From NCBI GenBank assembly GCA_038279365.1, contig JAYODI010000081.1:1409-25778 (forward strand): 24,370 bases of DNA. The letters are read 5' to 3'. A model generated the notes under the pieces. The model worked only from the letters and a program-made list of their open reading frames with translations. It was not told where the DNA came from and ran no database searches. The DNA is from Candidatus Latescibacterota bacterium. GTDB taxonomy: Bacteria > Latescibacterota > UBA2968. The position numbers and the translations under genes were made by a program. Shown here one piece after another: positions 16,870 to 24,370 of the stretch (positions are counted from its first letter, which is position 1; every line of letters starts with the position of its first letter).

Positions 16870-19044
16870 ATGTCTGATCGCATAGAAGTTGGGAACTTGA
16901 AAATTGATGCGGAATTATTCAATTTGGTAAAAGATGAAATCACACCAGGCACGGGTGTGGATGTGGATGCCCTTTGGAAAGGTTTTGGCAAGATCGTGGA
17001 CGATTTGGCACCCAAAAATCGTGCATTGTTAGAAAAACGCGATGCCATTCAAGCAAAGATTGATGCTTGGCATGTACAACACAAAGGACAGCCCATTGAT
17101 GCAGTGGCCTACAAATCATTTTTAAAAGAGACAGGATATTTGCAACCAGAAGGCGATCATTTTCAAGTGTTGACCACAAATGTTGATCCTGAGGTGGCAA
17201 CTGTTGCAGGACCTCAATTGGTGGTGCCTGTAGATAATGCACGGTATTGCCTCAATGCTGCCAATGCACGCTGGGGCAGTTTGTATGATGCGTTCTATGG
17301 TACGGATGTGATTTCGGAAGATGGTGGTGCCGGAAAAACGGGTGGATACAATCCTGTGCGTGGTGAAAAGGTGATTGCACAAGCCCAAGCCTTTTTGGAC
17401 GAAACGGTGCCTTTGGCAAGTGGGTCGTACGCCACCGTGACACAATTTTCTCTGGATGATGATGGGGTTAAAAAGACGTTGGTGGCCACTGTAAATGGGG
17501 AACGCACAGGTTTAAAGTCACCTGAGCAATTTGTCGGGTATGTGGCTGAAGAAGGTGAACTGTCTGTGGTCTTGCTTCAAAACAATGGCTTGCATATCGA
17601 AATACATATTGATGCCAATCACCCCATTGGTAAAACACATCCTGCGGGTATCAAAGATGTGGTTTTAGAGTCGGCCATTACCACCATTCAAGATTGTGAA
17701 GATTCTGTTGCTGCCGTAGATGCCGAAGACAAAGTAAGGGTATATCGCAATTGGTGTGGGTTGATGAAGGGAACTTTGGAAACGTCTTTTAAAAAAGGAG
17801 ACCAAACGGTATCTCGGCGTTTAAATCCAGACCGTCATTATATGGGTGTTGATGGGCAACCTCTCACATTACCAGGGCGCAGTGTGCTGTTGGTACGCAA
17901 TGTTGGAATGCATATGTATACCGATGCCGTGGTGACATCTGAGGGGGCAGATATTCCAGAAGGATTTTTGGATGCCTTGGTGACGTCTTTGGCCGCCATT
18001 CACGATCTGAAGGGCAATGGAGCATTTAAAAACAGTCGCTCGGGTAGCATTTACATTGTGAAGCCCAAAATGCATGGCCCAGAAGAAGTGGCGGCTACGG
18101 TTGAATTGTTTGGGCGAGTGGAAGCGGTTTTGGGTTTGGAAAAGAATACCATGAAGATTGGTATTATGGATGAAGAACGACGCACGACGGTCAATTTGAA
18201 ACGGGCCATTTGGGAAGCGCGTGAGCGATTGATTTTTATTAATACGGGCTTTTTAGATCGCACAGGTGATGAGATGCACACAAGTATGGAAGCTGGAGCA
18301 ATGTTGCCCAAGGGTGAGATTAAGAATCAGCCTTGGTTGGGGGCTTATGAAGATTGGAATGTGGATGTGGGCATTGAAACAGGTTTGGTGGGGAAGGGGC
18401 AAATTGGCAAAGGGATGTGGGCTATGCCCGATCAGATGAAATCTATGGTTGATTCCAAAATGGGTCACCCCAACGCTGGAGCCAGTACGGCCTGGGTGCC
18501 TTCGCCAACTGCGGCAACGTTGCATGCGATTCATTATCACCAAGTGAATGTGTCTGCTCGTCAAGATGCATTGGCAAAGCGAGAAAGGGCGAGTTTGGAT
18601 GCCATTTTGACGCCACCGTTATTAGATCGCACACTGGATGAGGCCACCATTCAACGTGAGTTGGATAACAATGCCCAAGGTATTTTGGGTTATGTGGTGC
18701 GATGGATTGATCAAGGAATTGGATGTTCAAAAGTGCCCGACTTAAATGATGTGGGTTTGATGGAAGATCGCGCAACATTGCGCATTTCAAGCCAGCATAT
18801 TGCCAACTGGTTGCATCAAGGCATTGTCAGTGCCGATCAGGTGCGGGCAACATTTGAAAAAATGGCCTCTGTTGTGGATCGCCAAAATGCGGGTGATGCG
18901 CTATATAAAAATATGGCACCCAACTTTGATGGCATCGCTTATCAGGCCGCTTTGGATTTGGTGTTTAAAGGACGTGATGTGGCCAATGGTTATACAGAAC
19001 CCGTGTTGCATGCGCGTCGTCGTGAAGCAAAAGCATCTTCTTAA
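16870..19044 (+). CDS. glcB: Malate synthase G
   Basis: ~724 aa. [93 protein letters not shown] before ATG 16870. Confidence 0.97.
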   Translation: MSDRIEVGNLKIDAELFNLVKDEITPGTGVDVDALWKGFGKIVDDLAPKNRALLEKRDAIQAKIDAWHVQHKGQPIDAVAYKSFLKETGYLQPEGDHFQVLTTNVDPEVATVAGPQLVVPVDNARYCLNAANARWGSLYDAFYGTDVISEDGGAGKTGGYNPVRGEKVIAQAQAFLDETVPLASGSYATVTQFSLDDDGVKKTLVATVNGERTGLKSPEQFVGYVAEEGELSVVLLQNNGLHIEIHIDANHPIGKTHPAGIKDVVLESAITTIQDCEDSVAAVDAEDKVRVYRNWCGLMKGTLETSFKKGDQTVSRRLNPDRHYMGVDGQPLTLPGRSVLLVRNVGMHMYTDAVVTSEGADIPEGFLDALVTSLAAIHDLKGNGAFKNSRSGSIYIVKPKMHGPEEVAATVELFGRVEAVLGLEKNTMKIGIMDEERRTTVNLKRAIWEARERLIFINTGFLDRTGDEMHTSMEAGAMLPKGEIKNQPWLGAYEDWNVDVGIETGLVGKGQIGKGMWAMPDQMKSMVDSKMGHPNAGASTAWVPSPTAATLHAIHYHQVNVSARQDALAKRERASLDAILTPPLLDRTLDEATIQRELDNNAQGILGYVVRWIDQGIGCSKVPDLNDVGLMEDRATLRISSQHIANWLHQGIVSADQVRATFEKMASVVDRQNAGDALYKNMAPNFDGIAYQAALDLVFKGRDVANGYTEPVLHARRREAKASS

Positions 19045-19055
19045 GGAGTGTTTCT

Positions 19056-20177
19056 ATGCTTACACCACCCAATGCAGAAATGATAGCACAATGGCGACAC
19101 CATTTACAAGATGAAGCAGATGCGGCTTTTTTATATCGGCGCTTGTCAGATCATGAGCCCAATCAGAAGAAGAAGGATCTCTATTGGCAATTATCAGAAG
19201 TGGAAGATCGGCATACGGAAGCGTGGCGAAATGTATTTACAGAATATGGCATCGCGTTTAAAGAGCCACGCCCATCACTGAAATCGCGTTTTTTGGCATG
19301 GGTCGGTTCTCATTTTGGTGCAAAAGTACTGCTTTCCTTTTTGTTGCGAGAAGAAGGACAAGAGGTAAAGGCGTATCTGGATTTGTATCAAAACAGTGCT
19401 CCCGGAAAGTCAAAAGAAACCGCACTTACATTGGCACAAGAATCGGCTGGGCATGCTGAGACCTTGTCTGAAATTGCCGATATCGAAGGCGAGCCATGGC
19501 ACAATGCCGATTCGGGTGGTTTTGTGCGCAATGTGGTGTATGGTTTTAATGATGGCTTGACGGCCAATTTTGGTTTGGTGGCTGGGGTAATTGGGGCTGC
19601 CGTTGAACCTCATGTGATTTTGGTCACAGGGGTGGCTGGCACCATTGCCGATGCTTTGTCGATGGGGTCTTCGGGATATTTGGCCGCTAAGAGCGAGCAA
19701 GAGGTATATAGTTATGAAATCGAAATGGAGCGCACGGAAATTCAATTAATGCCCGAATTGGAAACTGAAGAGTTGGCATTGATTTATCAAACGCGTGGCA
19801 TTGACAAGGAACAAGCTTTGGAACTGGCCAAAGATGTGATGTCTGATCAGGAACGGGCTTTGGAAGAGAAGGTTCGTGAAGAATTGAAAATTGGTGCCCC
19901 TCATGCCACACCTATGCAAGAAGCGTGGATAACTGGCATAGCAACAGCTGTGGGTGCATTTATCCCAGTGGTGCCTTTTATGGTGTTGTCTGGTGCAACA
20001 GCGATGTGGACATCGTTTGCCATTGCGATGTTGTCGCATTTTGCGGTTGGCGCGGCACGCAGTTTGTTTACCGGACGCAGTATTTTTCGCAGTGGTGTCG
20101 ATATGTTGGTGGTGGGGCTTGGTGTTGCCATTGGTGGGTATGTGGTAGGTGACTTGATGGTTCGTTGGTTGATGTAG
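19056..20177 (+). CDS. VIT1/CCC1 family iron/manganese transporter with N-terminal ferritin/rubrerythrin-like domain
   Basis: N-terminal DEADAAFLY...EDRH...ESAGH helices, then RNVVYGFNDGL, GTIADALSMGSSGYLA and C-terminal transmembrane helices. Confidence 0.88.
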   Translation: MLTPPNAEMIAQWRHHLQDEADAAFLYRRLSDHEPNQKKKDLYWQLSEVEDRHTEAWRNVFTEYGIAFKEPRPSLKSRFLAWVGSHFGAKVLLSFLLREEGQEVKAYLDLYQNSAPGKSKETALTLAQESAGHAETLSEIADIEGEPWHNADSGGFVRNVVYGFNDGLTANFGLVAGVIGAAVEPHVILVTGVAGTIADALSMGSSGYLAAKSEQEVYSYEIEMERTEIQLMPELETEELALIYQTRGIDKEQALELAKDVMSDQERALEEKVREELKIGAPHATPMQEAWITGIATAVGAFIPVVPFMVLSGATAMWTSFAIAMLSHFAVGAARSLFTGRSIFRSGVDMLVVGLGVAIGGYVVGDLMVRWLM

Positions 20178-20187
20178 GGAGTGGGTG

Positions 20188-21561
20188 ATGTCTGATCTTA
20201 TTTTAAGTTATTATGGCGATGATTTTACAGGTTCGACCGATGTGATGGAGGCATTGTCTTTTGCTGGGTTGAAGACCGTGTTGTTTTTGTCTCCCCCTAA
20301 GCTTGAGCAGATTGCAAAATTTAAAGATGTGAAAGCTGTGGGTGTGGCAGGGTGCACGCGTTCCATGTCACCCGATGATATGGAACGGGAACTCACGCCT
20401 GTATATGAAGCATTTCGGAAACTGAAGACGCCGATTGTACATTATAAGACGTGTTCCACATTTGATTCGGCACCCGATGTGGGAAGCATTGGGCGTGCAA
20501 TCGATTTGGGGCAAGACGTTTTTGGGGGTGCTTTTGTACCGCTTGTTGTGGGGGCACCGGTTTTAAACAGATATTGTGCATTTGGCAATTTGTTTGCTCG
20601 GTCTGGTTTAGATAGCGATTTGTTTCGACTAGACCGACACCCCACCATGAAACAGCATCCGATTACGCCCATGACGGAAGCCGATTTGCGATTGCATTTG
20701 GGCAAACAAACCCATAAGTCTATTGGGTTGTTGGATGTTTTGGCATTGGGTTTGGATGATAATGAGTTGGCGCATGCTTTTGACGCGGTGATGAAAGATA
20801 AACCCGATGTGTTGTTGTTTGATACGGTTTACAATGCACATTTGCCAAAGATTGGGCGTTTGATTTGGCAACAAGCACAAAAGAATCCGTTATTTGTTGC
20901 GGGGTCTTCGGGGGCAGAATATGCATTGGTGGCACATTGGCGCGACGTGGGGATTTTGCCCGAAACATTTGTGAAACCGACAGTGAATGCGGTTGATCAA
21001 ATTGTGATTGTGTCGGGGAGTTGTTCACCTGTTACGGCCAATCAAATAGATCATGCTGTACAACATGGCTTTGCCGAGGTTGCGCTTGATCCTGTGTTAT
21101 TTGCTGATCCTTCTGCTGTTGATGGCGCGGTTGAAGCAGGTATTCAAGCAGGCTTAAAGGCAATGGCGGGTGGGCAAAGTGCCATTTTGCATACAGGGCG
21201 AGGGCCCGGTGATCCGCGCATTGCTCAAACGACAGACCATCTCAAAAGACAAGGGTATACAGATCTGGACATCAAGCTCAAAAGTGGAGAAGTAATTGGT
21301 ACTGCTGTGGGGCGTATTTTGAAAGGGATTTTGACACAGTCAAAATTGAAACGCGCGGCAACAGCAGGGGGTGATACCTCGTATTATGTGGCCAAAGCTT
21401 TGGGTATTGAGGCATTGGAAGTGGTCGCACCCACAGCACCAGGGTCACCGATGTGTCGTATTTTTGGGGCCGGTTTGGATGGTATTGAAATGACGTTTAA
21501 AGGTGGGCAGGTGGGCAAGGTTGATTTTTTTATGGGAATAAAAACTGGGAAATTTTCATAA
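20188..21561 (+). CDS. oiaK: 3-oxo-isoapionate kinase (four-carbon acid sugar kinase family)
   Basis: YYGDDFTGSTD, HYKTCSTFDS, GSIG, RYCAFGNLFA, RLDRHPTM..HPITPMTEADL, GSSG, SGSCS, GGDTS, KGGQVG. Adjacent to apnO. Confidence 0.8.
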   Translation: MSDLILSYYGDDFTGSTDVMEALSFAGLKTVLFLSPPKLEQIAKFKDVKAVGVAGCTRSMSPDDMERELTPVYEAFRKLKTPIVHYKTCSTFDSAPDVGSIGRAIDLGQDVFGGAFVPLVVGAPVLNRYCAFGNLFARSGLDSDLFRLDRHPTMKQHPITPMTEADLRLHLGKQTHKSIGLLDVLALGLDDNELAHAFDAVMKDKPDVLLFDTVYNAHLPKIGRLIWQQAQKNPLFVAGSSGAEYALVAHWRDVGILPETFVKPTVNAVDQIVIVSGSCSPVTANQIDHAVQHGFAEVALDPVLFADPSAVDGAVEAGIQAGLKAMAGGQSAILHTGRGPGDPRIAQTTDHLKRQGYTDLDIKLKSGEVIGTAVGRILKGILTQSKLKRAATAGGDTSYYVAKALGIEALEVVAPTAPGSPMCRIFGAGLDGIEMTFKGGQVGKVDFFMGIKTGKFS

Positions 21562-21576
21562 TTTAAGGAGTTCGAC

Positions 21577-22410
21577 ATGGCAATTAAAATTGCATTAATC
21601 GGCGCAGCAGGCAGTATGGGCACGCGGGCTTATAACGCATTGGGAAAAGACCCCAATTACGAATTGTTTTGTGTGGAAAGCCCTGGGGGGGAAGAAAAAT
21701 TGCGCGAAAAGGGCATCACGTGTGTGCCCATGGAAGAGGCCGTTAAAAAGGCAGATGTGGCTTTGATGACGGTGCCCGATATTTTGGTGGGCAAGGTATC
21801 ACATTTGGTGGTGCCGCATTTAAAGTCTGGAGGGATGTTGATTGTTTTAGACCCAGCCGCGCCCTATGCTGGTGAATTGCCCAAGCGTGATGATGTGACT
21901 TATTTTGCCACGCATCCTGCGCACCCACCGGTGTTTAATGACGAAGTGGATATGGATGCCCGGCGTGATTTTTTTGGGAGTGGGTTGGCCAAACAAGCCA
22001 TTGTCAATGCATTGATACAAGGGCCAGAAGAAGATTATGCCAAAGGTGAAGCCATTGGCAGTCGTATGTTTCAACCCATTTTGCGTTCGCATCGGGTCAC
22101 GTTGGAACAGATGGCCATGTTGGAGCCTGCGATGTCAGAAACGATGGCGGCCACGTGTATTACAGTCATGCGCGAGGCCATGGATGAAGCCATAGCACGT
22201 GGTGTGCCTGCCGAAGCCGCACGCGATTTTATGATGGGGCATATAAATATCGAGTTGGCCATTGTGTTTGATGAAATTGATTGGGAGTTTTCAGATGGTG
22301 CAAAAGTGGCCATTGAAAAAGCCAAAGAGAAAGTGTTTCAGGCCGATTGGAAGAAAGTATTTGACCGAGAGCATTTGCTGGCAAGTGTGAAGGATATTGT
22401 GAAAGGGTAA
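21577..22410 (+). CDS. apnO: D-apionate oxidoisomerase
   Basis: Rossmann motif GAAGSMG, VPD, LDPAAP, HPxHPPVF, DFFG, AKQ, LEPAMSE, AARDFMMGH, FSDGA. Downstream of oiaK with an AGGAG RBS. Confidence 0.82.
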   Translation: MAIKIALIGAAGSMGTRAYNALGKDPNYELFCVESPGGEEKLREKGITCVPMEEAVKKADVALMTVPDILVGKVSHLVVPHLKSGGMLIVLDPAAPYAGELPKRDDVTYFATHPAHPPVFNDEVDMDARRDFFGSGLAKQAIVNALIQGPEEDYAKGEAIGSRMFQPILRSHRVTLEQMAMLEPAMSETMAATCITVMREAMDEAIARGVPAEAARDFMMGHINIELAIVFDEIDWEFSDGAKVAIEKAKEKVFQADWKKVFDREHLLASVKDIVKG

Positions 22411-22469
22411 GCCTCAATTCGTCGAGGCGGGATATCCTACGTGCCTTTGTTTTTTATTGGAATGTATTT

Positions 22470-23123
22470 ATGGCTTCAACTGTTGAGACACCACGCATCT
22501 TGTTAAAAGATCGGGCTTACGAGGCTTTGAAAGAATTGATTCTTCAGGAAGTTTTTCCACCAGGGTCTTTTCTTTCCGAACGTCAGTTGGCCACGCGATT
22601 GGAGATGAGTAAGACACCGATTCGGGCGGCCTTGGAGCGATTGGAAACGGAAGGTTTGGTTTCTGTATCGCCACAACAGGGGATTTTGGTGCGTGAAACC
22701 TCTGTTCACGAAGTGGTCGATATTTTTGATGTGCGTATTGCCTTAGAGCGATTTGCCATGCATCGTATTGCAGGTATGTTATCACCTGCACAGCAATTGC
22801 AGGTGCAAGAAAATTTGGACGCCCAAAAAAAAGCACTCGAAGAAGGGGATGTGCCAGTGTTTACCGAATTGGATGCTGATTTTCACTTGATGTTGTGTGG
22901 TTTTTTGGGCAATCGTGAAGTGGTTCAGGTGATGCGTCGTTTGCGCGATCGGTTGTATCGCATTGCCCTTCAGGTGTTGTTGCACGATGTGGGGCGTATT
23001 CGAAGCAGCTATGATGAACACAAAAAGATATTGGATATGTTGATTCAAGGTGATGGGGTGTCTGCGGCAGATTTGGTAGAATCGCATTTGGTTTATGGCA
23101 AGCAGGTTCTCATTTCAAGATAG
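22470..23123 (+). CDS. GntR family (FadR/FCD subfamily) transcriptional regulator
   Basis: Winged HTH with LSERQLA..LEMSKTPIRAAL..LETEGLV; FCD motifs DADFH and EH..I...L. Confidence 0.93.
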   Translation: MASTVETPRILLKDRAYEALKELILQEVFPPGSFLSERQLATRLEMSKTPIRAALERLETEGLVSVSPQQGILVRETSVHEVVDIFDVRIALERFAMHRIAGMLSPAQQLQVQENLDAQKKALEEGDVPVFTELDADFHLMLCGFLGNREVVQVMRRLRDRLYRIALQVLLHDVGRIRSSYDEHKKILDMLIQGDGVSAADLVESHLVYGKQVLISR

Positions 23124-23133
23124 GATCAAGGAT

Positions 23134-23889
23134 ATGCGAACGGTGCTGGCTATGGATGTGGGCAATACGCGGGTGAAAGTGGCTTTGTTTGTAAGCGGGC
23201 ATATTGAGGCACGTTTGCAAGTGCCAACAAGCCAAGTGCGTGATGAGACTTTTTTAACATCACAATTGCGTTCTTCATTTGGGCAATGGGCCACTGTAGA
23301 TGCTTGTTTGATTGCATCTGTGGTAAAGGGACTTCACGAACCGCTGATAGCGTCCATACAAGCGATGTGGTCGGTGTCGCCAGTTGTGATTCATTCAAAA
23401 AATGATTTGGGCATTGGGATCGATGTGCCAAAACCTGAAGGTGTGGGCATTGATCGGTTGCTTGAGGCCAGTGCGGCTTTTCATATTTTGAAGTCGGGGG
23501 TGGTGGTTGCGGCATTTGGTTCTGCCATCACAATTGATTTGGTGACACCTGACGGCGTTTTTCGGGGGGGGACGATTTTGTCTGGTTTGCGTATGGGTTT
23601 ATTCGCTTTGCATCAGATGACCAGCATGTTGCCAAATTTGGAGGTAAAAGCACCCGATGGTGTTTTGGGTAAAGATACGGTAACTTGTATGCAGGCCGGT
23701 GTGGTATATGGCGCCGCGGGAGCAGTGGATCGTATTTATGAGGAGTTGTGTGTGATTGCTGGTCAATCGTTGCCACTCATTGTGACTGGTGGGGATGTGC
23801 GTTATGTTGCACCGTTGTTGCGATCACAATATCAAATTGAGGAAGATTTGGTGTTGCGAGGCATCATGGCATTAGACGCACGATCGTGA
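23134..23889 (+). CDS. coaX: Type III pantothenate kinase
   Basis: DVGNT, ASVV, GIDR, FGSAITID, GGTI, GKDT, TGG, LVLRG. ATG 23134. Confidence 0.9.
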   Translation: MRTVLAMDVGNTRVKVALFVSGHIEARLQVPTSQVRDETFLTSQLRSSFGQWATVDACLIASVVKGLHEPLIASIQAMWSVSPVVIHSKNDLGIGIDVPKPEGVGIDRLLEASAAFHILKSGVVVAAFGSAITIDLVTPDGVFRGGTILSGLRMGLFALHQMTSMLPNLEVKAPDGVLGKDTVTCMQAGVVYGAAGAVDRIYEELCVIAGQSLPLIVTGGDVRYVAPLLRSQYQIEEDLVLRGIMALDARS

Positions 23890-23899
23890 GGACATACAA

Positions 23900-23947
23900 A
23901 AATAAAAAAGGCGACTGATAGTAAAGGATCGGTCGCCTTTTTTATTT
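23900..23947. terminator. Bidirectional intrinsic terminator between coaX and the convergent gene
   Basis: AAATAAAAAAGGCGACTGAT / ATCGGTCGCCTTTTTTATTT inverted repeat with an A-tract and a T-tract on its flanks. Confidence 0.88.
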
Positions 23948-23955
23948 GGAAGATA

Positions 23956-24294
23956 TTATGCTTCACCTTTGCGTTGCTTGAGTGCGTTTGCCAACCTCAG
24001 TTTTTCAGCATTTATTTCGGCATCTTGTTTGGCCTTGTTGGTGAAGTCTAAATATTCTTTTTGTAAGCGTTCAATTTTGCGTTCAGATGTTTTGATTTTG
24101 CGTTTGAGTTTGTCTATTTCGGCATTGGCTGTGGTGACCTCTTTAACCGCAATTTTTAGTCGAAATTTGGCTTGCCCCGTGCCATCTAAAGCTTCTGCCA
24201 ATTTGGCTCTTTTGCTGATCAATGAGGATGTGGTAAACCATTTGGCCATGAGGGTAATGCCCATACAGCACATTGTAATTACAAGCAACGTCAT
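23956..24294 (-). CDS. Small membrane-anchored coiled-coil hypothetical protein
   Basis: 112 aa with an N-terminal hydrophobic helix and a Lys/Glu-rich heptad region. AAGGAA RBS upstream on the minus strand; ends at the bidirectional terminator. Confidence 0.7.
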   Translation of the reverse strand: MTLLVITMCCMGITLMAKWFTTSSLISKRAKLAEALDGTGQAKFRLKIAVKEVTTANAEIDKLKRKIKTSERKIERLQKEYLDFTNKAKQDAEINAEKLRLANALKQRKGEA

Positions 24295-24370
24295 ATCAAA
24301 TTCCTTTATTTTATTTTATTCTGTCATAAATTACAGGAGGTTGGGTCTGTTGTCAATGGGATGGACATTG

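Noticed and set aside
16870-19044. Glyoxylate-shunt operon
   Set aside because: No isocitrate lyase in the window. A shunt role using aceA elsewhere cannot be excluded.
22411-22428. Hairpin GCCTC/GAGGC after apnO as a terminator
   Set aside because: Only a 5-bp stem with no immediately adjacent T-run; at most a pause or stability element.
1-24370. CRISPR arrays, tRNA/rRNA genes, IS elements, prophage or defence genes
   Set aside because: No repeat-spacer arrays, cloverleaf signatures, transposase, integrase or nuclease-effector ORFs were seen.

Overview
Bacterial chromosomal window, with all supported protein genes except the last on the + strand. The left part holds uvrB, nadC, a NRDE/PlsC/DinB trio and ppa. 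From 6935 to 23889 there is a tightly packed, probably co-transcribed run of 14 genes centred on oxidative D-apiose/D-apionate catabolism: an ApnL-like lactonase, a GH140-like apiosidase, ApnO oxidoisomerase, OiaK kinase and a form IV RuBisCO-like protein. The run also carries genes that the core steps I know do not need: an unassigned clan-A-like glycoside hydrolase, a D-2-hydroxyacid dehydrogenase, an RraA/HMG aldolase, a second DUF1537 kinase, a PhyH-fold oxygenase with an unusual His-X-His...His metal site, malate synthase G and a ferritin-like/VIT1 protein. It ends with a GntR regulator and coaX. The best non-coding signal is a candidate ~275-nt, highly structured, GGCA-repeat minus-strand RNA divergent from uvrB, with a near-consensus sigma-54 promoter, an IHF-like site and a terminator. 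Family calls come from motif recognition by eye; no searches were run.
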